A DNA stretch of 64,000 bases, taken from positions 15,129 to 79,128 of the forward strand of contig JAVEDP010000007.1 of NCBI GenBank assembly GCA_030841085.1. The letters are read 5' to 3'. The stretch is from Pyrinomonadaceae bacterium. Its GTDB lineage: Bacteria > Acidobacteriota > Blastocatellia > Pyrinomonadales > Pyrinomonadaceae. Within the stretch, counting starts at the first letter, position 1; each line of letters starts with the position of its first letter. Positions 50,405 to 59,028 of the stretch are shown piece after piece. Position numbers and translations under genes: made by a program. The notes under the pieces were generated by a model. That model had not been told where the DNA came from. It worked only from the letters and a program-made list of their open reading frames with translations, and ran no database searches.

Positions 50405-50634
50405 CAACACTGGAAAGGAGGTGATTCAAAAATATATGAGTTCTTATCACAGTGAGGTGGCTGCGGCCTGACCTCTGAACCAGAAACTACTTGTTAGGAT
50501 TTAGGTTCAGTTGTCTTACTGCAAAGTGCTCCTCCTTTTCAGGAAGCTGCACACCCAGTTAGTCCACAGGCCAATCCGAACAGTTCACCGAAGCCGTCCA
50601 TGATCCTCCGGGATTCTGGACGGCTTTCACTTTT
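50405..50634 (+). ncRNA. Putative small RNA / small-ORF transcript
   Basis: Promoter and terminator enclose no long ORF; GAAAGGAGGTGATTCA; ORF 50436-50471 (MSSYHSEVAAA); internal anti-SD CCTCCTTTTCAG. Confidence 0.6.
50591..50634 (+). terminator. Rho-independent terminator
   Basis: AAGCCGTCCA ... TGGACGGCTT followed by TCACTTTT. Confidence 0.7.
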
Positions 50635-50658
50635 GATGTAAACCAAACTGTTAAGTCC

Positions 50659-50756
50659 GTAAAGCAAACTGTTAGTTTGCGGTCGAGGCATTGAAGCTTC
50701 GTGCCCGTAGGCTAACGGGTTGCTACCAACGTCCGCAAACTAACAGTTTGCTTTAC
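50659..50756. repeat. 98-bp MITE/REP doublet, direct copy of 50247-50344
   Basis: Same TIRs and a closely similar spacer. Confidence 0.93.
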
Positions 50757-50830
50757 GAAGGCCGCAACTTGCGCTCCGGCCACGCGAGTGAGAAATTAGG
50801 AATTCCCGGACAACAAGGAGAAAGTTTTAG

Positions 50831-53800
50831 TTGTCATCTGCTAATCCCCCCGTTTTTTATGATCCCGCGGGACGTCGTTGGCGCCGCGTCCGCCGCACCT
50901 GGCTCGCGCTTGCCGTGATCGTGACATCCATGGCGGGAATCTTTATCGCCAGCGTGTTGGTAAATCCTGTCTTGCCGAGCCTTAACGTTCGTCAGGTAGC
51001 CAGCCTGCCTAACAGTGCGGATATCAAGCCAAAATCACCCAGCGTCCCGGCAAATCCCAGCGAACAAAAAGCAAGAAAGGCACAGGCTGAACTGCAACAT
51101 GCCCTGGCACTGACCAGAGTTGTTCCCGGCCGGCGTCGTTCGCACGTTCCCATCGTTCCACCGCCGACGCTGCCGCCACCAATCGTACCGACAAACAGAC
51201 CGCTTTCCATCGGCTTTTACATTAACTGGGACGAGTCGAGTTACGCTTCATTGAAACGTAATTTGGATCATCTCGACTGGGTCATCGCCGAGTGGTCACA
51301 CCTGCAAACAGCTGCAGACGGCAGCGCGTCGTTGGTAACTGAAGTTGATGCGCCTGCGCTTAACTGGATTCGCCTGACGCGGCCGCAAGTTCAGGTAATT
51401 CCGATGGTCCAAAATCTGGTGGATGAAAAGTGGCAACCGGATTTGCTGACGCGCGCCGTGAGCGACGAGCCCGCCCGGCAGCGCCTGATCGCAGCGCTGG
51501 CCGACTTTGTGCAACAAAATAAATTTCCCGGAATTTGCATCGATTTTGAAGAGCCCCCGCCGGCGACGCAGCAGGCACTCTTAACTTTCATTCAGGAGTT
51601 GCATCAGCAGTTCGCAGCCAAAGGTTTGTTCGTCATTCAGGCCGTGCCTTTTGACGATCCCGATTGGCATTACAAAGATTATGCGGCGGCTACGGACTAT
51701 GTGATGTTGATGGCTTACGACCAGCATTGGGCCGGAAGCGATCCGGGTCCCGTGGCTGCGCAGGATTGGTACGAACGCATTATCGCTAAGCGAATGCAGG
51801 ATCTCGATCCCTCGAAAACGATCGTTGCGCTCGGAAGTTATGGATACAACTGGACTGAAGGGGAGAAAGACGCGGACGAAGTCACCTGTCAGGAAGCGTT
51901 GATTACCGCTAAAGAATCGGACGCGAAAATAATATTTGATCCAGCCACTCGCAATCCAAATTTTGAATACGACGAGGACGATGGCTCGCATCACATCGTT
52001 TGGTTTTTGGATGCGGTTACCGCCTATAACCAGATGCGCGCGGCGAGTGGCTTTAACCCGGCCGGCTTTGCAATTTGGCGTTTGGGTTCTGAAGATCCTT
52101 CAATTTGGTCCATCCTCGGCAATTCACAACCAGCTTCGGCAAATGTTTTGAGCCGTATCGTCTACGGCTACCAGGTTGACTTTCAAGGCTCAGGCGAGTT
52201 GCTGAAAGTCATGTACCGTCCACGCGATGGTTGGCGCAATCTGGATATCGATGGCGGCAATGGTTTCATAAACAACGAGGAGTTTGTAGTAACTCCTACG
52301 TCTTATGTTATTGAACGCGGCGGCGATCATCCGGGGATGATTGCGCTGACTTTTGACGATGGACCGGACCCGCGTTGGACACCGGCGATTCTTGACATCC
52401 TGAAGCGGGAAAATGTTCCAGCAACATTTTTCATCATCGGGAAAAACGGGCAGGCATACCCCGATCTGGTGCGGCGCATTGTCAACGAAGGTCATGAAAT
52501 TGGTAACCACACCTTCACCCATCCAAACCTCGGTGAAATTCCAGCCTCGCTTACTGAACTGGAACTCAATGCAACCCAGCGGCTGATCGAATCGCTGGTT
52601 GGCAGATCCGCGGTTCTGTTTCGCCCGCCGTATTTTGGCGATGCGGAAGCCGACAAGCCGCAGGAAGTAGAGCCCGCGTATCAGGCGCAGAACCTTGGTT
52701 ACCTGGTGGTCGGTGTACGCATCGATCCCGACGACTGGAAATTACCCGTAACGGCCGATCAAATCGTCCAACGAACAATCGATCGCGCTATGGATCACAA
52801 CCCGGAAACGCGTGGCGAAGTAGTGCTGCTTCACGATTCCGGTGGCGATCGCGCCGCCACGGTGCAGGCGTTGCCGGAACTAATTCACCAGTTGCGCGCG
52901 CGCGGATTTCAACTCGTGCCTGTTTCCGATCTGGCGGGACTAACTCGCGATCAGGTTATGCCGGTGATTCCCGCGAATCAGCGAGTGTTCACCCGCGCCG
53001 ATGCAATCACCTTTTTCTTTCTTTCAACCAGCGGCTGGACGTTGCAGTGGATCTACGTAATCGGAATTGTGCTTGGGTTGGGGCGACTGATTTTTATTGG
53101 CGCGTTGGCGTTTGCTCAATGGCTCAGGTCCCGCCGGCGCGAACGGCTGCATGCCGGTGAGCGCTATCGACCTTTCGTTTCGGTGCTGGTCCCGTCGTTT
53201 AACGAAGAACTCGTCATCCGAAATACGATCGACAGTTTGCTGGCGTCTGATTATGAGAACTATGAAGTGATCGTCGTTGACGACGGTTCGACAGATCGGA
53301 CCGGGGAAGTCGTTAAGGAAAGTTTTTCCGGCAACGATCGGGTGAGATTATTTTCGATTCCGAATGCCGGAAAAGCCACCGCTCTAAATTTCGGTTTGAA
53401 ACACGCGACCGGCGAGGTGGTGATCGCGCTTGATGCTGACACGCTTTTTGCGCCGCAGACGCTCGCGGCCCTGGCGCACCGCTTTTACGATCCGAAGATG
53501 GGCGCGGTCGCCGGCAATGCAAAGGTCGGCAACCGCATCAACCTCGTTACGCGCTGGCAAGCGCTTGAGTACATCACTTCGCAAAACATGGACCGTCGCG
53601 CCTTTGCCAGTTTGAACTGCATTACGGTTGTGCCCGGCGCGGTCGGCGCCTGGCGTAGCGATTTGCTTGAACGAGCGGGCGGTTTTCCCGGCGACACGCT
53701 TGCCGAGGATCAGGATCTAACGTTGAGAATTCGCCGGCTGGGATACAACATTGGCTACGAAGAAAACGCGATCGCCTGGACCGAAGCGCCTGATCGCCTG

Positions 53801-54286
53801 CGTTCGCTGGCGCGTCAGAGATTTCGCTGGGCCTACGGAACGTTGCAGTGCATGCGCAAACATCTGGATGCGCTGTTTCGTCCGCGCTACGGCACGCTCG
53901 GGTTCGTCGCGTTGCCGAACGTTTGGATTTTTCAAATTCTGTTTCCGCTGATTTCACCGGTGATGGACTTGATGCTGGGCTACACGTTGATTTCGGCGGG
54001 ACTCGATTGGCTGCAGCAACCGAAAGGTTATTCGTTTACAAACTTGCGCCAGGTGCTTTTTTACTATGCACTGTTTCTGGCCATCGACTGGGTGGCCGCC
54101 TGTTTCGCCTTTATGCTCGAAAAGAAAGAGCAGTGGCGCTTGCTTTGGTGGTTGTTTCTCCAGCGCTTTTGTTATCGGCAGGTGATGTACTACGTCATGA
54201 TCAAATCAGTCGCTGTAGCCACGAGCGGTAAGACCGTCGGCTGGGGCAAACTTGAACGCAAGGCGACGGCGGAAGCACAGTCGTAA
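50831..54286 (+). CDS. GH18-like + polysaccharide deacetylase + GT2 (PgaC/IcaA-like) fusion
   Basis: GICIDFE and LMAYDQH (GH18); LTFDDGP, GNHTFTH, FRPPY, LLHD (CE4); DDGS, DAD, AED, QRFRW (GT2). Confidence 0.92.
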   Translation: MSSANPPVFYDPAGRRWRRVRRTWLALAVIVTSMAGIFIASVLVNPVLPSLNVRQVASLPNSADIKPKSPSVPANPSEQKARKAQAELQHALALTRVVPGRRRSHVPIVPPPTLPPPIVPTNRPLSIGFYINWDESSYASLKRNLDHLDWVIAEWSHLQTAADGSASLVTEVDAPALNWIRLTRPQVQVIPMVQNLVDEKWQPDLLTRAVSDEPARQRLIAALADFVQQNKFPGICIDFEEPPPATQQALLTFIQELHQQFAAKGLFVIQAVPFDDPDWHYKDYAAATDYVMLMAYDQHWAGSDPGPVAAQDWYERIIAKRMQDLDPSKTIVALGSYGYNWTEGEKDADEVTCQEALITAKESDAKIIFDPATRNPNFEYDEDDGSHHIVWFLDAVTAYNQMRAASGFNPAGFAIWRLGSEDPSIWSILGNSQPASANVLSRIVYGYQVDFQGSGELLKVMYRPRDGWRNLDIDGGNGFINNEEFVVTPTSYVIERGGDHPGMIALTFDDGPDPRWTPAILDILKRENVPATFFIIGKNGQAYPDLVRRIVNEGHEIGNHTFTHPNLGEIPASLTELELNATQRLIESLVGRSAVLFRPPYFGDAEADKPQEVEPAYQAQNLGYLVVGVRIDPDDWKLPVTADQIVQRTIDRAMDHNPETRGEVVLLHDSGGDRAATVQALPELIHQLRARGFQLVPVSDLAGLTRDQVMPVIPANQRVFTRADAITFFFLSTSGWTLQWIYVIGIVLGLGRLIFIGALAFAQWLRSRRRERLHAGERYRPFVSVLVPSFNEELVIRNTIDSLLASDYENYEVIVVDDGSTDRTGEVVKESFSGNDRVRLFSIPNAGKATALNFGLKHATGEVVIALDADTLFAPQTLAALAHRFYDPKMGAVAGNAKVGNRINLVTRWQALEYITSQNMDRRAFASLNCITVVPGAVGAWRSDLLERAGGFPGDTLAEDQDLTLRIRRLGYNIGYEENAIAWTEAPDRLRSLARQRFRWAYGTLQCMRKHLDALFRPRYGTLGFVALPNVWIFQILFPLISPVMDLMLGYTLISAGLDWLQQPKGYSFTNLRQVLFYYALFLAIDWVAACFAFMLEKKEQWRLLWWLFLQRFCYRQVMYYVMIKSVAVATSGKTVGWGKLERKATAEAQS

Positions 54287-54307
54287 CCAGTCATTCAACA
54301 AGGCAAC

Positions 54308-55825
54308 TCACCAGCAGCCTGCGTACTCGACCTGTCCGGTGGCCTCCCAAGTTTGTCCACCGTCCCAAGACTCGTACCATACCCACCAGTACTCCGTGCA
54401 GTAGTAGTAGCCCCCGCCTCCACCGCCTCCTTCTCCACCGCCACCGCCACCGCCGACTGGCGGAAAACAGGTCCAACTGCAAACGGGTACCTCATTGAAA
54501 TACAGGGTGCCATCACAGGCAGGCGGAGCGGGTGTGGGCGAAGGACATGGATCCTTCACACAGCAGCTTCCATCGGCATGATAGAAGGGCGGACAGCCGC
54601 CACTGTTGATGCCCGGCGGTTCGGGATTAGTGCAATAGTCTCTTGGAATGCCGCTCGCACAATTGCCCGGACTTGTGAAGGGGCAAGGAACCGGCGTCGG
54701 CGTCGGAGTGGGGCTAGGTGTTGGCGTTGGAGGGGGCGTTGGGCCTCCACAAGGTTCGAGGGTGATTGTTTGACAGGTGAACGTCGCTCCGTTTACTAGG
54801 GGACATTCTATCGAATCGAAATCCGATGTATAGCAAGATCCTCGTGGGTCACTACAGAATGTCGGCGTCGGTCTTTCTTGATTGGGGCAGTTAAGGCATA
54901 CATGGGATCTATGGCTTATCAGAGAAGTACATCCATCAGCCGGGCAACAGTCCTGCGGATTTGGATTCGGTTCGAAGGACACCGATTTGAATGATTTTGA
55001 TGAAGACAAAAATTTTACCGGCAGGAAGCTTGCCGGTAAATCAGTGATCGATGATCTCTTTCTGAGACTGCCTTGTTCAGCAGACTTCGATGGTAAGCTT
55101 TTAGGATCACCTTTATTAGGCTGATCCATGCATCGATTCAAGCTCGATCGCTCATTGCTGGGGCGCGGGAAGACAAGCCCACCTGGTCCGTAGCCCGTGC
55201 CGTCGCCGAAATTCACGCGTTGAAATTTGATCGTAATCTTCTTGGGATATGCACGGTTCTCCTTTCGCTGGAGTATCTCCCAGGCCTCCAACTGTCCCGG
55301 GTGAATCTTCAGGATAGTTGACTCGCCCGGCATGACGGGAATGTCCTCAGGCGTAGCAAGAACCTTAAGGTCTCCCAGTTCAGTCCTGCCGTAATAGAGA
55401 GGGGCCACTATACGATATCCAGCGGCGGCTTTTATGTCGGTAATCAGAAGGAGGTAAAACTCATAGATCGGCTTATCTCCGGTATTGGTGACCTCAAGCT
55501 CAAAGTCTCGGGCCCACTTTTCGTTTTTCAAATCTCTGAATGCTTTCTCTTTCTCTTTTTTAATCCTAACCTTGAGCGGCACCTGCTTCGGGATGGCGTC
55601 CTCAAGCTCTCGCTCTTCAACGCGTGATTGCGTATTTTTGAGCATTCGAGCCTCCGCGTCGGTTAGCTTCAGCTTGAACTGATCTTTTCGGCGCAGCACC
55701 TTTGCCCTCGTTCGCTGCGGTTGGATATTGGTTTCTCCTTTGCCATGCTTTGCTGACACAAGCAGGGATATTGAGACGGCTAGGATTGAAAGAAGCAGCC
55801 ACGTAATTCTTTTATGCGTTACCAT
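54308..55825 (-). CDS. Secreted modular cysteine-rich protein, function unknown
   Basis: GAAGGAG SD, signal peptide, Cys-free N domain, 22 Cys in the C-terminal ~215 aa, PT and Gly linkers. Confidence 0.8.
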   Translation of the reverse strand: MVTHKRITWLLLSILAVSISLLVSAKHGKGETNIQPQRTRAKVLRRKDQFKLKLTDAEARMLKNTQSRVEERELEDAIPKQVPLKVRIKKEKEKAFRDLKNEKWARDFELEVTNTGDKPIYEFYLLLITDIKAAAGYRIVAPLYYGRTELGDLKVLATPEDIPVMPGESTILKIHPGQLEAWEILQRKENRAYPKKITIKFQRVNFGDGTGYGPGGLVFPRPSNERSSLNRCMDQPNKGDPKSLPSKSAEQGSLRKRSSITDLPASFLPVKFLSSSKSFKSVSFEPNPNPQDCCPADGCTSLISHRSHVCLNCPNQERPTPTFCSDPRGSCYTSDFDSIECPLVNGATFTCQTITLEPCGGPTPPPTPTPSPTPTPTPVPCPFTSPGNCASGIPRDYCTNPEPPGINSGGCPPFYHADGSCCVKDPCPSPTPAPPACDGTLYFNEVPVCSWTCFPPVGGGGGGGEGGGGGGGYYYCTEYWWVWYESWDGGQTWEATGQVEYAGCW

Positions 55826-56104
55826 TGTGAGTCTCCTTCAAGCTTAGTGAGGGTTCATCGAGACAAATGAGACTACGCTCTCAAATGTGAGTTCATTGGT
55901 TAGAAGGTATTCGATTTGCACGAGCAAGGACTATTTGGCATCAGTGAGCTTCGCTTTTCTGGGGCTTATTTATCAGCAGAGCTGACGAAAAGTCAACGCA
56001 AAAAATCTTTAGCAAGTCGGCATGAGCGAATGATAAATGATTGGATTTACGGCTTAGGCTGAGAGCCGCAGCCAATACGGCCGGTCCACCTTTGTTGTTT
56101 TGGT

Positions 56105-56335
56105 CTATGCCATTCGGAAATACGCTGACTTTGCACGAGGTATCGCGATCCCTTCATTGCCCACGTAGCCCGTTCCATCGCCAAACCTCAGCCCCTCAAG
56201 TTTAAGTTGGATCTTCTTAGGCTGCGGCCGATGATCTTCACGTTGAAGCTTCTCCCAAACCGGCACTTGCCGGGGGTCAATCTTGAAGGCTTTCGTCTCG
56301 CCCGGCCAAATCGGAACATCAATATTCTCAAAATG
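56105..56335 (-). pseudogene. 5'-truncated paralogue of the N-terminal domain of 54308-55825
   Basis: DVPIWPGE..FKI.P.Q...WE.LQR...R..PKKI....L.FGDGTGY aligns by eye to DIPVMPGE..LKIHPGQ..WEILQR..PKKI..NFGDGTGY. Confidence 0.75.
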
Positions 56336-56411
56336 TAAATAGCCATTCGCGGGCGCATGGCCGGCTAGGGTAAGCTGGATCGCAAGCGGCAGCCGTGAAC
56401 GGATATTACTG

Positions 56412-58142
56412 ATGGAAATTAAGAGGGACGGCAAACCAAATGGCAAGCAATACGCAAAGCGGAATGGAGTTATTGTCTACGCGCTGTTGTTAACTGCGGC
56501 GTTTTGCTTTCGTGTTTCGGTGGCGCGCTTGCTGCCGAATGACGAGCCGGGTGACGGAAAAATCTATGCGCAGATTGCGCGCAACGTCCTCGAGCAACAC
56601 GTCTACTCGCATGCGACCGAGCCGCCTTACGACCCATCGCTGATTCGACTTCCGGGCTATCCGCTTTTTCTTGCCGGCATCTACGCAGTTTTTGGACACG
56701 GCGACAACACCGCTGTGCGCATTGCGCAGGCCTTGATCGATACCGCTTCGTGCGCGTTGATCGCGTTGTTGGCGTTCTACTGGGAGCCGGATGAAAAACT
56801 AAAGCGGCGCAGTGCCATTGCCGCGCTCGCACTCGCGGCTGCTTGTCCCTTCAGCACCATCTACGTCGCAACGATTCTGACTGAAACGCCTACGATTTTC
56901 TTCGCAGTCGCGATGTGTTTGACGGCAACGCTCGCATTTCGAGCGCTCGAGCAAAAGCGCGCGCTGCTGTGGTGGTTGGCAACGGGAATTATTTCCGGAC
57001 TTGCTGTTTTATTCCGGCCCGATAGCGGACTGTTTGCCGCTGCGATTGGCATTACGCTGGTTGCGACAACTCTAAAACGTTCAGGTGGTCCCGCAGGAAC
57101 TGCGCACGAAAGCAAAATCTTGTTCAGATTTTCCCGAGCTGCTTTTTTGGGGGCTGTCTTTTCGTTGGCTTTCTGTTTGGTCCTGGTGCCGTGGACCATC
57201 CGCAATGAGCGCGTGTTTCACCTGTTTCAGCCGCTGGCGCCGGCGCACGCCGAGATGCCGGGTGAATTCGTGCCGCGCGGCTATTTAGCCTGGCTGCGCA
57301 CCTGGATTGATGATGGCCGTTACATTGAACCGGTGCTTTGGGCGCTTGATGAATCTCCGATCAAGATCGCAGATATTCCGGATAGCGCTTTTGATTCCGC
57401 TGAAGAGAAACAGCGCGTAGCCTCGTTGTTTGATAAGTACAATCATCCGCCGGATGATGCGTCGCATGACAGCAGCAGCAACGCGCAATCGCAAGCGGCG
57501 CCCTCGCCCGCGGATAATCAAATCGAGGAGCAGGACCAAGCCAACGACAACGCGAACGACAATTCCAACGACAACAACAACGAAGCTGATTCCGGCAACC
57601 AAAACGACGAAGACAATGCAAATTCAAACGATGAAGCAGACGAAAACGATCAAGCTGATGAAGATACGAGCGCCGATCAGTCTTCAACTCAAGCGGTCGA
57701 GATGACGCCGGAAATCGATGCCGGCTTTGCGCAGCTCGCTGCCGAACGCAGAGCGCGTCATCCGATCCGTTATTACCTTTTCTTACCGTTCAAGCGCGGA
57801 CTGTCGCTCTGGTTTGATACTCACTCGCAATACTATCCGTTCGAAGGCGAGCTGCTGCCCCTGGGTGATCTTGATTATGACAACCAGCAACAATACTGGC
57901 TGCCGCTTTTTGCCGGGCTGACTTTTCTTTACACGTTGCTTGGCGTGGCTGGTGCCTGGTTCTTGTGGAGTTCGGGATTGTTCACCGCACGGCGCTGGTT
58001 GCTGCTGGCGGCACTCATGATCCTGTTGCGAGTTGGCTTCTTCGCAACGATTGAAAATCCTGAACCACGTTACGTAGTAGAGGTGTTTCCATTTCTGTCC
58101 GTACTCGGTGGCATCGCGATCACGCGCATCAAGTTCCGCTAA
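56412..58142 (+). CDS. GT-C fold glycosyltransferase (family 39/ArnT-like)
   Basis: D...Y..IA.N, R.PGYPLFLA, ILTETP, L.RP, PWTIRN, EPRY; many TM. Confidence 0.8.
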   Translation: MEIKRDGKPNGKQYAKRNGVIVYALLLTAAFCFRVSVARLLPNDEPGDGKIYAQIARNVLEQHVYSHATEPPYDPSLIRLPGYPLFLAGIYAVFGHGDNTAVRIAQALIDTASCALIALLAFYWEPDEKLKRRSAIAALALAAACPFSTIYVATILTETPTIFFAVAMCLTATLAFRALEQKRALLWWLATGIISGLAVLFRPDSGLFAAAIGITLVATTLKRSGGPAGTAHESKILFRFSRAAFLGAVFSLAFCLVLVPWTIRNERVFHLFQPLAPAHAEMPGEFVPRGYLAWLRTWIDDGRYIEPVLWALDESPIKIADIPDSAFDSAEEKQRVASLFDKYNHPPDDASHDSSSNAQSQAAPSPADNQIEEQDQANDNANDNSNDNNNEADSGNQNDEDNANSNDEADENDQADEDTSADQSSTQAVEMTPEIDAGFAQLAAERRARHPIRYYLFLPFKRGLSLWFDTHSQYYPFEGELLPLGDLDYDNQQQYWLPLFAGLTFLYTLLGVAGAWFLWSSGLFTARRWLLLAALMILLRVGFFATIENPEPRYVVEVFPFLSVLGGIAITRIKFR

Positions 58143-58296
58143 GGCATTTTCTTAGAACGAAAAGCATTAACTCATAAGACCGAGAACTTTACGCTGAAAT
58201 GTCATGGGCACATCAGGCGGCAAAGCCGAACTGACGTGGCCCATAGCATTTGAGGCAAAGCTCTTCTTTAGGTTTTCTTAATCGCCTGCTGCCTAT

Positions 58297-58974
58297 TTAT
58301 GGAACAGGCGAAGACGCCGGTGAGGCTTGTTCCGACGGCATAACGCGCGAAGGGTCAGGCTTGTCGGCAGAGGTATGCACGTGAATGGCTTTCCAATCTT
58401 TTCCTACTCTTTTGAAAACCAAAGTCATCCGCCCGGTCGCAGTTTCCGGAGTTCCTTTGTAAGTTTGGGATTGCGTCCACAGACAAGTCACGATCGCACC
58501 ATCACGGCCGAGCATGGTTATTGAAACATCGCGCACATCGAGTTTGACTTCCTTCACATCGGCGTAGGAACTCTCGCGGTTTTTGCGCATCTGGTCCCAA
58601 CCGCGCGTTACGGTGCCGTTGTTATTGAACAAAAGCAGGCGCGGGGAATTCAGGTAGACACTGGCTACGGCTTTCGGGTCAGCATGACGAATTCCGTTTA
58701 CGAGCGCGTTGAATGCGGCGATGACACTTTGCGAACCCGGCGTTTCGTTGCCGGTAATTTTAGGTTTCGTTTCGCTGCGACGAGCCGCCGGCGCTTTCGC
58801 AGCGGGTTGTTGCACATCGGTACTCGGCGTCGCTCGTGTTGGAGTTCTGCCAGGAACGGGCGTTCCAGTCGTGCGCGGACGAATCGAGGGCGCGGAATTT
58901 GAGTTCTGGGCCAACGCGGCGGAAGTTGCCAGAGGCAAAACCAAAATGAGAACGAGTGTGAAACTACCTTTCAT
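58297..58974 (-). CDS. Secreted NTF2-like (SnoaL/DUF4440) protein
   Basis: Signal peptide, Pro/Thr linker, RGWD, GRMTLVF...WKAIHVHTS. Confidence 0.82.
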   Translation of the reverse strand: MKGSFTLVLILVLPLATSAALAQNSNSAPSIRPRTTGTPVPGRTPTRATPSTDVQQPAAKAPAARRSETKPKITGNETPGSQSVIAAFNALVNGIRHADPKAVASVYLNSPRLLLFNNNGTVTRGWDQMRKNRESSYADVKEVKLDVRDVSITMLGRDGAIVTCLWTQSQTYKGTPETATGRMTLVFKRVGKDWKAIHVHTSADKPDPSRVMPSEQASPASSPVP

Positions 58975-59028
58975 AATTGCTCCTATTTAACCATGCTTCG
59001 CTGGGAATCAAATGCGCGACTTCGTAAA

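Noticed and set aside
50411..50430. 16S rRNA gene fragment on the minus strand
   Set aside because: The match is limited to about 16 nt and the flanks do not resemble rRNA.
50405..50634. tmRNA (peptide ends in AAA)
   Set aside because: No tRNA-like acceptor or T arm, no CCA end, and the ORF has its own ATG.
54295..54516. Separate small ORFs over the Gly-rich tail
   Set aside because: They are alternative frames of the 505-aa Cys-rich gene.
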